Assembly (NCBI GenBank): GCA_043825875.1
Contig: JBDRRF010000031.1
Coordinates: 70,087-134,086 of the forward strand
DNA: 64,000 nucleotides
Source: Pseudomonadota bacterium
GTDB taxonomy: Bacteria; Desulfobacterota; Desulfobacteria; Desulfobacterales; RPRI01
Reading direction: 5' to 3'
Shown here: positions 49,559 through 59,418 of the stretch, piece after piece
Layout of the letters: every line of letters starts with the position of its first letter
How positions within the stretch are numbered: position 1 is the first letter of the stretch
The notes under the pieces: model-generated
The model's input: only the letters and a program-made list of their open reading frames with translations
Told to the model about the DNA's origin: nothing
Database searches by the model: none
Translations under genes and position numbers: made by a program

Positions 49559-51745
49559 ATGAAAAAAAGAATCTTCATCAATGAAGAATCAGCTAAGGGA
49601 TATACAAGGCGACAATTTCTTAAATACCTTGAGCTTGCAGGAATCGGTGTAACAATAGGCGGTGCAGGCTTTCTTGCAGGATGCAGTGATAAAGTTGATT
49701 CTCTTGCCGGGACAAAGGAAGTCATCACAAGATGCGGTCTTTGCGGATCGGATTGCGGCATGAAGGCATATATCAAAAATGATCGTGTGATTGCAGTTTC
49801 TCCTAACAAGGATGACCCTCATAGCAAAGGATTTATGTGCGATATGGGGCTTGCAAATGTTGAACAAACATATTCTCCGGATAGAATTCTTAATCCAGGA
49901 AAGCGGGTCGGTGATAAATGGGTGGATATTTCGTGGGATGAAGCATTAAATATTATTTCGGAAAAACTTTCAAAACTTAAAAATGATTATGGCCCTCAAT
50001 CAACAGTCTGCCACTATGGAGTTACCGAGGTTAGAGCACCTTTTTACAGGCAGTTATTCAGGCGGTTTTCAAATGTTTACGGAACTCCAAATTTTACCGG
50101 CTGCGGCAGCCAGTGCGCTGTTTCAACAATGATGGCAAAAAAATACAGCATAGGTTCTGTTCACCCTGATTATGAAAATACTAAATGCATGGTTCAATGG
50201 GGAAGCAATCCGTCATCTTCAAGCCTTCTTGAATGGTTTAGTGAAGTACTGCCTGCCAGGGAAAGAGGTGCAAAACTTATCTGCATTGATCCAAGAGCAA
50301 ATCCCATGACTCAAATGGCAGATATTCATCTTAAGCCGCGTCCCGGAACAGACGGGGTGCTTGCACTGGCAATGACAAATATAATTTTAGAAAATAATCT
50401 TTATAACAGGGATACTGTAGAAAAATATGGCACAGGTTTTTTCGAATATGAAGAACTTGTAAAACAATACAAGCCTAAGCGAGCGGAAGCCATAACCGGA
50501 ATTTTGGCAAAAGATATTATAAATGCAACAATGATGTATGCCGAAAATTCACCTGCTTGTATTGAAACAGGCAATGCATTGGAACTCCATATAAACGGAG
50601 TGCAGACAATCAGGTCTGTTATGTTGATACAAGCCTTATGTGGAAATGTGAATGTAAAGGGAGGTATGATTTCTTCGGGAGAAAAAGTCGGGCTTGCGGA
50701 TTTGGAATTAGATAATTATAAGCCATTTACATCCCAAGGATATTCTGCCGACAGCTATCCTGTTTTATGGCAGTCAAGAAAAATGGTAACGGCAAATCTT
50801 TTGCCGGATACCGTGTTAACAAAAAAGCCATATCCGATTAAAGCGCTTATGGTTATAGGTGGCAATCCGATTATTACGGGTCCTAATTCTTCACACCAGA
50901 GAAAAGCATATAAAGAAATGGATATGGTGGTTGTCTATGATCTTTTTATGACAGAAACTGCCAAAATGGCAGATATATTCTTACCTGCTACATCATGTCT
51001 TGAAAGAGATAATTTCAAGGCAAGGGACAGGATATATCTGACACCAAAGGTTATAGCCGAACAGGGAAATGCTTGGCCGGAATGGAAGCTATGGTTTGGG
51101 CTGGCAAATAAGATGGGTTATGAAAATGAATTTCCATGGGCGACCCTGGATGAAGCTATAGACGAACACCTCTCTCCCATCAATGTTACCGCTTCGGATC
51201 TTAGGATGAATTTTAATGGTATTGATCATCCTTTAAAGTCGGGAAGCATGAAAAAGCTGGAGAATAAAATAAAGACTCCTTCCGGAAAAATTGAATTCCA
51301 TTCACAAACACTGGCAGACGCAGGATACAATCCTCTGCCTGACTATGTTGAGCCATACGAAGGACCTGCTGACAAAAAACTTCTTGCAAAATATCCGCTT
51401 CTTATGACCTCCGGCATACGGATACCATACTATATTCATTCCCAGTTTAGAAATCTTGCTTCGCTTAAAGCAAAATCACCAGGTCCTGTGATTGAGATGA
51501 ATCCGGCCGATGCTTCATCTCTTGGAATATCCGAAGGAAATAATGTATCAATAAGCTCTCTTAGAGGCAGCATCCAGGCAAAGGCACAACTTAATAAAAG
51601 CCTGAAATCCGGAATAGTAGCCATGTCTCATGGATGGTCAAAAAGTAATGTAAACGAATTGACAGACGATTCGGCTCAATCTCTGGACCCGATAAGCTCT
51701 TTTCCGGGGTATAGAGGATTTTTGTGTAAAGTTGAAAAAGTATAG
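49559..51745 (+). CDS. Tat-exported Mo/W-bisPGD oxidoreductase catalytic subunit
   Basis: TRRQFLK Tat motif plus LAGC lipobox, CGLCGSDC..C FS0 cluster, GTPN...SQC likely metal-ligand Cys, TPSGKIEF, HSQFRN. Confidence 0.9.
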   Translation: MKKRIFINEESAKGYTRRQFLKYLELAGIGVTIGGAGFLAGCSDKVDSLAGTKEVITRCGLCGSDCGMKAYIKNDRVIAVSPNKDDPHSKGFMCDMGLANVEQTYSPDRILNPGKRVGDKWVDISWDEALNIISEKLSKLKNDYGPQSTVCHYGVTEVRAPFYRQLFRRFSNVYGTPNFTGCGSQCAVSTMMAKKYSIGSVHPDYENTKCMVQWGSNPSSSSLLEWFSEVLPARERGAKLICIDPRANPMTQMADIHLKPRPGTDGVLALAMTNIILENNLYNRDTVEKYGTGFFEYEELVKQYKPKRAEAITGILAKDIINATMMYAENSPACIETGNALELHINGVQTIRSVMLIQALCGNVNVKGGMISSGEKVGLADLELDNYKPFTSQGYSADSYPVLWQSRKMVTANLLPDTVLTKKPYPIKALMVIGGNPIITGPNSSHQRKAYKEMDMVVVYDLFMTETAKMADIFLPATSCLERDNFKARDRIYLTPKVIAEQGNAWPEWKLWFGLANKMGYENEFPWATLDEAIDEHLSPINVTASDLRMNFNGIDHPLKSGSMKKLENKIKTPSGKIEFHSQTLADAGYNPLPDYVEPYEGPADKKLLAKYPLLMTSGIRIPYYIHSQFRNLASLKAKSPGPVIEMNPADASSLGISEGNNVSISSLRGSIQAKAQLNKSLKSGIVAMSHGWSKSNVNELTDDSAQSLDPISSFPGYRGFLCKVEKV

Positions 51746-52517
51746 ATTGAAACATCACAAGGCAGATGAATTTAAAATAACACGAAGGGTCTTTTTGAAA
51801 AATACCGGTATGTTGGCTACCACAGCATCTTTTCCGATATTAAGAAGTAAAGAAGATGTCTTAAGGCCGCCTGGTGCCGCATCTGATTTTCTTTCAAAAT
51901 GTATCAGATGCGGCAAATGTGTTGAAGCATGTCCTTATGATAGTATTCGTTTTTTAGGGGCCAATTCCGGTCTTAATATTTATACACCATATATAGATCC
52001 TGTAAAAACCCCCTGTTATTTATGCCGGACAACAGGGACAGACGGAAAATCAAAGCCTCTCGACAAATACTTGCGCTGTGGAAAAGCATGCCCGACAGGT
52101 GCTTTAAAACCCATACCAAACGATATAGAAGTACTATCCAAGCTTCCAAAAGAAATGAAAATCGGGACAGCAAACCTTAACAGGAAGCTTTGTGTGGCCT
52201 GGCAGTTTAGTTTTTGTGGGGAATGTTATTTTAACTGCCCACTTAAAGACAAGGCACTTCTATCAAGGCCGCCTGATGAAGAAGTATCAAGAAGCGGCAT
52301 ATCGCCTTATGTTAATCAAAAAGCCTGTATCGGATGTGGCCGGTGTGTTTTTGTCTGTCCGGTAAGAAAATTCGATGCAAAATTTATAAACGAAACTAAT
52401 GTGCCGGATTATTTTCAGCTAAGATACGGCGCTCTTGTGGAAAGAATTATTGCACAAAATAGAGATAATGCACAATTGCCGGCAATTAGAGTATTAAAAA
52501 ACAAGTCAGACAGATGA
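51732..52517 (+). CDS. NapG/MauM-like periplasmic polyferredoxin
   Basis: TRRVFLK, LRPPGA, CIRCGKCVEACP, CIGCGRCVFVCP. Confidence 0.85.
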   Translation: MKKYRLKHHKADEFKITRRVFLKNTGMLATTASFPILRSKEDVLRPPGAASDFLSKCIRCGKCVEACPYDSIRFLGANSGLNIYTPYIDPVKTPCYLCRTTGTDGKSKPLDKYLRCGKACPTGALKPIPNDIEVLSKLPKEMKIGTANLNRKLCVAWQFSFCGECYFNCPLKDKALLSRPPDEEVSRSGISPYVNQKACIGCGRCVFVCPVRKFDAKFINETNVPDYFQLRYGALVERIIAQNRDNAQLPAIRVLKNKSDR

Positions 52518-53383
52518 AGAGAAGTGAGAAGAAAAATCTTAAAATACTTCCATTAAGACGTATATCTCAGATAAGTATAATTCTCCTTATCATTGCCGTG
52601 CCCTTATACTCACAAAATCCGTATAACGGGTCACCCTCATTAATTGTAAAGGGTCAATTGCCGCCCCCTGCCATTTCGAAAGTATCCGGTGATACATGGA
52701 GTTTTTCAATAGGAAATTTTAATATTATTCATCCCGCAGCTTTTTTTGATTTTGTGTTTTCAGCAAAATCCGTTTCTTCTTCCATGCTCATCGCTGTTTT
52801 AATTCCTTTATTGATAACATTACTTTTTGGCAGGGTATTTTGTTCCTGGCTTTGCCCAATCGGTTTTATACTGGAACTTTCAACAAAAATTAATGCGATT
52901 TTGAAAAAAAAAGGATTTACCCGTAAAATATATATAAGAAATTTTCGTTATATAATTCTTGCAGTATCCCTTCTTACAGCATTATTATTAGGAATTCCCA
53001 TAATTTCAATCTTTGATCCTGCCCATCTTCTCGGCAGGGAACTTTCCATGATATTTACCCATCAGGAAGTAAGTGTTGCCGGTCTTATATTTCTATTAGC
53101 TATACTTGTATTTGAAATATTATTTGTATCCCGCGCCTGGTGCAGGTTTTTTTGCCCGTCCGGGGCATGTCTGTCTCTAATTGGAGTTAATCGAAATTTT
53201 AAAATCAGAACAGATCAAAAAGAATGTGTAAATTGTAACCTATGCAGATCGGTGTGTTCTTATAATCTTGAGCCGGACAAGATAGTAAACTACACAACTT
53301 TACAGAGAGCGGTTTGTGATAATTGCGGTTTATGCAGGGATTCATGTCCGAAAGGAGCAATATCTTATGACTTTTGTATATAA
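52514..53383 (+). CDS. NapH/MauN-like membrane polyferredoxin (quinol-interacting)
   Basis: GRVFCSWLCP, RAWCRFFCP, two C-terminal CxxCxxCxxxC motifs, TM helices. Confidence 0.87.
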   Translation: MKRSEKKNLKILPLRRISQISIILLIIAVPLYSQNPYNGSPSLIVKGQLPPPAISKVSGDTWSFSIGNFNIIHPAAFFDFVFSAKSVSSSMLIAVLIPLLITLLFGRVFCSWLCPIGFILELSTKINAILKKKGFTRKIYIRNFRYIILAVSLLTALLLGIPIISIFDPAHLLGRELSMIFTHQEVSVAGLIFLLAILVFEILFVSRAWCRFFCPSGACLSLIGVNRNFKIRTDQKECVNCNLCRSVCSYNLEPDKIVNYTTLQRAVCDNCGLCRDSCPKGAISYDFCI

Positions 53384-53436
53384 AATTGCCACTGATTTTT
53401 CCCTTATGTAGTTATAAGTATTATATCGCATGGATG

Positions 53437-54102
53437 TTAATGTTTCGCACTGTTCTTAATTCCAGCCTCTTTTTTGATTGATTCAATATCGAGTTTTTGA
53501 ATCCATTCGGGAAGATTGCCAAACACTGTATGGAAGTTAAAGCCACCTTTTGTCATTTCAGAAATAGCCTCATCCTTAGGCCATCCCTGGATTGCAATTC
53601 TATATAAAGCACTCATTGTTCCTGTACGATCTGCGCCGTGCAGGCAATGTACCAGTACCGGGGTATAATTCGGGTCGGTTGCGATTTGTAGAAACCGGAT
53701 AATATCTTCTTGCTCAGGATGCCAGGCTTTCATATAGATGTGTTCATACTTTAATTCCGTATTTCCGATTTTGCTCCGATCCGAATGAAAAGTTCGGAGA
53801 TTTACCACTGTTTTAATTCCCATTTCTTTTAAATTCTTCATTCCATTGGCTGTAGGCTGGGCGCTTCGGTACAAATTATCGCTTACTTTGTGAAGATTTG
53901 GGACACCTTCTATCACAAGAGGCTGAGCCCAAGTTTCAGGACGTTTTAAGGCGGATTCATTTGCAAATGCAAAATTGACCAGAATTAAACAGAGAGCTAT
54001 AGTTATGGTCAGTTTAATTTTAAACGAAAAGCAATGAAAATATGGACGTGTTTGCAAGTCGTTTATTATGCCAGTTTTGCTGGAATAATTATTTTGTTCC
54101 AT
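53437..54102 (-). CDS. Cys-based (dual-specificity/tyrosine) phosphatase, probably exported
   Basis: LYRSAQP, HCLHGADRTG (CX5R); hydrophobic leader; start uncertain. Confidence 0.85.
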   Translation of the reverse strand: MEQNNYSSKTGIINDLQTRPYFHCFSFKIKLTITIALCLILVNFAFANESALKRPETWAQPLVIEGVPNLHKVSDNLYRSAQPTANGMKNLKEMGIKTVVNLRTFHSDRSKIGNTELKYEHIYMKAWHPEQEDIIRFLQIATDPNYTPVLVHCLHGADRTGTMSALYRIAIQGWPKDEAISEMTKGGFNFHTVFGNLPEWIQKLDIESIKKEAGIKNSAKH

Positions 54103-54802
54103 GCAGGTATCCCTTCCTTTCAGTTTCAGGTAGTTTTTCTATAGCATAACGCAACATAGTTCGAGGCATTTTTTTGTAGTATTTATCCAAAAATAATTCT
54201 TCGCTGGTTTTATTTCGTTTGCCGACTTCACGCAACATCCATCCTACGGCCTTGTGAATCAAGTCTTCCCGGTCATTTAATAATATTTCTGCAATTGCCA
54301 AAGTATCGAAGAAGTCATTTCTTTTGATGAAATGAAAAGTGGATATAATGCTGATTCTTCGTTCCCAGAGATCCTTTGAACGCACGAGTCTGTAAATAGG
54401 CTTTCTTTCTCTAATGAATAAATGAGCGCCTACAATGTGCTCTGCCGTACAGTCAACAAGATCCCAACTGTTTATGAATTTTGTGTGATTCAGGTAAGAA
54501 TGATATATTAACACTTTTCCAGAACTATTATTTTCTGAAGAATATTTTGCAACCAGTATCAACAATGCCAGTAGCCTGGCTTCATGGAAAGGAGATTTTA
54601 AAATATCGAGGGTATCATCCAAAGATATATTCCTGTATTCTCTTACGCATTTTCTTATAGCAGGAACACGAATCCCCAAAAACTTGTCTCCTTCTCCATA
54701 TTCTCCCTTGCCGGTTTTAAAAAATCGCTGTGAATGAGTTGCGATATCGCTATTGCTCAGCTGCTCTAACATACTCATGATTTGCTTAGTCTGATTGCTC
54801 AT
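54089..54802 (-). CDS. DNA alkylation repair protein (AlkD-like)
   Basis: FFKTGKGEYGEGD.FLG, WDLVD, KAVGWMLRE, MPRTMLRYAIE. Confidence 0.87.
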   Translation of the reverse strand: MSNQTKQIMSMLEQLSNSDIATHSQRFFKTGKGEYGEGDKFLGIRVPAIRKCVREYRNISLDDTLDILKSPFHEARLLALLILVAKYSSENNSSGKVLIYHSYLNHTKFINSWDLVDCTAEHIVGAHLFIRERKPIYRLVRSKDLWERRISIISTFHFIKRNDFFDTLAIAEILLNDREDLIHKAVGWMLREVGKRNKTSEELFLDKYYKKMPRTMLRYAIEKLPETERKGYLHGTK

Positions 54803-54808
54803 AACGGA

Positions 54809-55492
54809 TTATTGCATGGGCCCTTGTTTTATTTGTTCATCCAGACTCAAGAGGCTGTTTACTGTTAGTGTAGGCTCGATTCCCCATGGATCAAATAATA
54901 TATCAGGTAAACGCTTAACCCATACAGCCCGCATTCCGGAAGAAATAGCACCGATCACATCGAATGGATTACTTGATATAAGCCATGCATCAGTTCCCAC
55001 AGCGTTAGCCCTTCTTAAAAAATGGCTATACACGCCGGGATTTGGTTTAAAAGATTTTATTTCATCAACACTTACTACTCCAAGAAAGTAGTTTCTGATA
55101 CCGGCATTTTTCAGCAATGTTTCCACGGCATCGGCGCTGCCATTCGAGAATGCGAACATTCTGAAACCTGATTTCTTTGCGCGGGCCAATCCTTCTTCTA
55201 CATCATCAAATGCCGGTAAAACTTTATATGCATCCATCAGTTCCTGCTTATCTTCCTGGCTAAGCTGGATTTTAAGATATGAAATCGTATAATCAAGAGC
55301 GTTTCCGGTACATATGGCAAAGTTTTCGTAATTTTGCATAAGGCCCCGCCGAAACGAATATTCAAGCTGTTTATCACGCCAGATGCGAGAAAATTCATAA
55401 GCTTTATCACCAACATATTTTTCCAATAACGCAATGATGCCATGTGTATCTATCAAAGTTCCATAGACATCAAACGCAAGTGTGATTGCCAT
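54809..55492 (-). CDS. Haloacid dehalogenase, type II
   Basis: FDVYGTL, WR.KQLEY, SNG, FKP, SSNPFD. Confidence 0.9.
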   Translation of the reverse strand: MAITLAFDVYGTLIDTHGIIALLEKYVGDKAYEFSRIWRDKQLEYSFRRGLMQNYENFAICTGNALDYTISYLKIQLSQEDKQELMDAYKVLPAFDDVEEGLARAKKSGFRMFAFSNGSADAVETLLKNAGIRNYFLGVVSVDEIKSFKPNPGVYSHFLRRANAVGTDAWLISSNPFDVIGAISSGMRAVWVKRLPDILFDPWGIEPTLTVNSLLSLDEQIKQGPMQ

Positions 55493-55712
55493 ATGCTTCT
55501 CCTTTACAAAAACCCGAAAAAACTTGTTTAAATTATATAAAAAATCAATTGGTTGTCAACCGGTTTTTCCTGGTTTAACCGGAATGAGACCTAACAGAAG
55601 GGTTGTGGTTGTTTTTTGTTTATTGAAACGGGAAATATTATTGAAGATATTTATGTAGTCGAAAGTTTGGGAACAGATTTACGTCAATAGCTATGCCCGT
55701 TTTGCGAATAGC

Positions 55713-56564
55713 TCATCTGATAAAGCCTTGGTAAATGGCATTTCCAAGTTTTACAAACTCTTCTATTGTCAGGGTTTCCGCACGTCTTGTAGGATCTATT
55801 TCTACACTGTTTAATGCCGATTCTGCGGTTTGTGCATTAATTTTAAGTTCACTTGACGAAAGTGAATTTTTAAGGGTTTTGCGTCTTTTTCCGAAGGCAG
55901 CTTTGATAACATTAAAAAAGAATTGTTCGTCATCTGCCATAAATTCCGGATATTCCCTGAATCTGATCTCAAGTATCTGGGAGTCTATTTTTGGCTTTGG
56001 GAAAAAAAGAGAGGCTTTTATATCAGCGATTACAGATGAATCCGCACAATATTTCAGCATAACCGAAATTCTTCCATAATCTTTATTGCCGGGTTTCCCG
56101 CAGATTCTTCCGGCAAGTTCTTTCTGGAACATCAATATGGCACGACTTATACTGCTTCGGTCTTTTATAAGTTTTATAAGTATTTGGGAAGAGATATTGT
56201 ATGGGAGATTCCCTATTACAATAATTTTTTGATCATGTCTTGCTGCAAGTCCATTTATATCAAGTTTAAGTATATTTTCGTTTAATATTTCAACATTATC
56301 AACAGATTTTGATAGAAGTTCATTTTCTAAGAGCGGGATCAGACCATTGTCTTTTTCAACTGCATATACCTTAGCAGCAACGGCTGCAAGAGGCAATGTG
56401 AGAGCTCCTAGACCAGCTCCTATTTCAAGAATGATATCTTCGGGTAGTATTTTTGAGCGTAGAACTATCATTTCTGCTGTTGATGGATCGGTAAGAAAAT
56501 TTTGTCCGAATTGCTTTTTAGGAGAAAGTTTCGATGCAGAAAGTAATGATCTTGGAGAAGTCAT
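55713..56564 (-). CDS. rsmA: 16S rRNA m6,2A dimethyltransferase
   Basis: GQNFL, EIGAGLG, GNLPYNIS, RRKTL, RAETL. Confidence 0.96.
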   Translation of the reverse strand: MTSPRSLLSASKLSPKKQFGQNFLTDPSTAEMIVLRSKILPEDIILEIGAGLGALTLPLAAVAAKVYAVEKDNGLIPLLENELLSKSVDNVEILNENILKLDINGLAARHDQKIIVIGNLPYNISSQILIKLIKDRSSISRAILMFQKELAGRICGKPGNKDYGRISVMLKYCADSSVIADIKASLFFPKPKIDSQILEIRFREYPEFMADDEQFFFNVIKAAFGKRRKTLKNSLSSSELKINAQTAESALNSVEIDPTRRAETLTIEEFVKLGNAIYQGFIR

Positions 56565-57019
56565 GAAATATTCTCTTTCTGTTTTTTAGCAAAATGTACT
56601 TTTTTTGTTATATGGCTGGTAATAAAATATGCTGCTATAGCGGGCGGGATTCCTATCAACACTCCTCCGGTCATAAGGGCAATAGTGGCATCAGACCCTA
56701 ATTCCAACAGTTCGGTAAATGTTGTGTATTTTATGTCAAAAGGAAAAGATGTTCCATAAATAATTTGTCCGGCCTTATAGCTTGTAAAATAAAAAAAAGG
56801 CATTGTAAGAGGATTTCCTAACCAGACTCCAAGTGCTGCGGCTGCCTTGCTTGCGCGCATTAAATATGCAAGCATTACCGCAAGAGCGGTATGAAAAGGA
56901 AAAGTCGGAGTAATGCCGATAAATACCCCGATAGACATTCCCATCGCAATATAGTGCGGATCACCATCGAGATTTTTTATTTTTTCAACAAACTCGAAAA
57001 ATTTTTTCTTAATTGTCAT
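56561..57019 (-). CDS. DUF2062-like membrane protein
   Basis: P..IAMG..IGVF...P, W..NPLT motifs. Confidence 0.8.
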   Translation of the reverse strand: MTIKKKFFEFVEKIKNLDGDPHYIAMGMSIGVFIGITPTFPFHTALAVMLAYLMRASKAAAALGVWLGNPLTMPFFYFTSYKAGQIIYGTSFPFDIKYTTFTELLELGSDATIALMTGGVLIGIPPAIAAYFITSHITKKVHFAKKQKENIS

Positions 57020-57435
57020 CTATATTTATGCAAAGCGTACATTACCTTTTTATTATATCTTTTCTAAAGAACGCTTATATCAAACCTGTATCATTTACAA
57101 TAATATTTGTTGAATTTTCTTGAAATCTTCATTGAGAGATTTAAAAGTTATTTATGGTTAGAAAAATCTATTTTAGGTTGATTAAGTATTGACAAAATTA
57201 ATCTGCATATGAAATAGGGCAAAATGTTACGAAAAATAACATATGTCACAAATGTCGTAATATTTGAATGATTAAAATTACTGGAGGCGGGCAATATTAT
57301 TTAGAGACTATGTCACAATTAGAAAAAATGTCATTTTGAACGTATTTGAAAAATCTTAAAATACTGAATTTAGTTTAAACCAAGAGTCAAAATGCACAGG
57401 TTGAGTGTAATTGTTCAGGTAAAAGGAGAAGAAGA

Positions 57436-59418
57436 ATGGTTAAGGGGTCAGTAAGAGTTGTTGTTTTTATGGTAATTGGAATATGTTTTTGTTTTCCATA
57501 TAAAGCATTTTCAGAATCAGTTGGTGATCAAACGGCGGCATATTCTTTAGGTGAAGTTATTGTTTCGGGTAAAACTGTTGGGGTGGAATCAATTGGTACC
57601 GTTCGGGAAATTACTGCTAAAGATATAGAGATGCAGAATGCGCGTACATTAGATCAGGCTTTAAGGTTGTTGCCTGGTGTGAGTATACGTACCGGAAATG
57701 ACGGAATACCGCGTGTTGATTTAAGAGGATTTCGGTCAAGGCATGTGTTGCTGCTGTTGAATGGAATAGCTTTCAATTCAGCATTTGACGGTCAGTTTGA
57801 TCCGGCTATAATTCCGGTGGAAAACATAGCTAAAATCAAGGTTTCCTATGGTAACAGTTCGGTGCTATACGGACAGGGCGCGTTGGGCGGTGTTATAAAC
57901 ATCATTACAAGAAAAGGCACCGAAGGCGTTCAGGGTAATGTAAAGCTGGAAACGGGAGAACGTGAGAATCATATAGGAAGTTTCAGAATATCGGGCGCAA
58001 AAGATAAATTCAATGGTTTTATCAGCGGCAGTGCCCAGGACAGCGAAGGTTTTATGTTATCGGATGATTTTGATGAAACTAAATATGAAAATGGTGGCCT
58101 AAGAGAAAACAGTGATAGAAAGCAGAACAGCCTTTTTGCCAACCTTGGATATTCTCCTACTGATAGTTTGGAAATAGGGCTGGTTGCCAACACGACTAAA
58201 GGTGAATTTGGAAAACCGCCTGGTACTATTGCATCTGACGATTTTACCTCCAACCCAAAGTATGTCAGAATCGAAGACTACGAGGGTTTTTCCGGGCAAC
58301 TTTCCATGAGTTATAACTCACAAGGGCCTTTTGGTGTTCGCGGATGGATGTTTTTTAACCGTATGGATGAGGATGAAAACCGGTATGATGATGATCTATA
58401 TGATACCATAACCAGCAAGAATACTTATTTTATAAGCAATCTTACTAAAACATACGGCGGTACTATTCAAACTTTTGCCGATTTAAAAAATATCGGTCTC
58501 GTTACATTGGCTGTAAGTACAGAAAAACAATCTTTTGATTCAAATGGAATCGTTCGGGATAACAAAAACAATATCCAAGAATTAGACGAAGACTATAACG
58601 TAAATATCCATTCAACTGCTCTTGAATATGAAGTGTCTCCGTTTGATAAGCTCGGCTTGGTGTTTGGCTACAGCCATCACTGGTTTAATAAAGACTCCGG
58701 CGGTACGGATGACAAAAACAGTTATCTGGCTGGCATCCATTATGATGTGTTTGAAAATACCCGTATCAAAGGGTCATATGCGCGAAAAATCAGGTTTCCT
58801 TCCATTCGTCAGCTTTATGAGGAAGATACCGGTAATCCGGATTTAGAGCCTGAGCGATCAAATAATTATGAGTTGGGAATAGAACAGAATATTTTTGAAC
58901 GCACCTCGGTTTCGCTAACAGGGTTTTATATAGATGTTAAAAATTATATTGAAAAAGTTGATGCAACGGATATTTTTGAAAACAATGAACAATATTGTTT
59001 TCAGGGAATCGAATTTGTTGCTGAAACCCGCTATATTAATAATCTGATGCTAAGAGCCGGTTATACGTATATGGATACTGAAGACAAATCCGACAATACC
59101 GGCAAAGACGAATTGCAATACAGGCCTGAACATAAGCTGACGTTTGAAAGTCAATATACTTTTCCCTGCGGGCTTTCAGCCTATGCATCTGCCATGCATT
59201 ACGCCAATCAGTATTTTTACAGCAAAAGCGCACCGTATCGGCAGCGGAAGCTAAATGATATTACACTGGTTAATTTAAAACTTGACCAGTCTTTCTTAAA
59301 AAACCGCCTTAAAGCTTATATTGGTGTGGAAAACGTTACAAATTTAGATTATGAGGAAGCTTATAGCCTCCCGCAAAAAGGCCGGACTTTTTATGGAGGA
59401 ATAGAATATAGCTTCTAA
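57436..59418 (+). CDS. TonB-dependent receptor (metal-chelate/cobalamin-like class)
   Basis: Signal peptide, LRGF, SSVLYG.GALGGVINIIT, GNPDLEPE, C-terminal EYSF. Confidence 0.92.
   Translation: MVKGSVRVVVFMVIGICFCFPYKAFSESVGDQTAAYSLGEVIVSGKTVGVESIGTVREITAKDIEMQNARTLDQALRLLPGVSIRTGNDGIPRVDLRGFRSRHVLLLLNGIAFNSAFDGQFDPAIIPVENIAKIKVSYGNSSVLYGQGALGGVINIITRKGTEGVQGNVKLETGERENHIGSFRISGAKDKFNGFISGSAQDSEGFMLSDDFDETKYENGGLRENSDRKQNSLFANLGYSPTDSLEIGLVANTTKGEFGKPPGTIASDDFTSNPKYVRIEDYEGFSGQLSMSYNSQGPFGVRGWMFFNRMDEDENRYDDDLYDTITSKNTYFISNLTKTYGGTIQTFADLKNIGLVTLAVSTEKQSFDSNGIVRDNKNNIQELDEDYNVNIHSTALEYEVSPFDKLGLVFGYSHHWFNKDSGGTDDKNSYLAGIHYDVFENTRIKGSYARKIRFPSIRQLYEEDTGNPDLEPERSNNYELGIEQNIFERTSVSLTGFYIDVKNYIEKVDATDIFENNEQYCFQGIEFVAETRYINNLMLRAGYTYMDTEDKSDNTGKDELQYRPEHKLTFESQYTFPCGLSAYASAMHYANQYFYSKSAPYRQRKLNDITLVNLKLDQSFLKNRLKAYIGVENVTNLDYEEAYSLPQKGRTFYGGIEYSF

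Noticed and set aside
51732..53383. Periplasmic nitrate reductase (nap) operon
   Set aside because: No NapB, NapC or NapD, and the catalytic subunit lacks recognisable NapA sequence features
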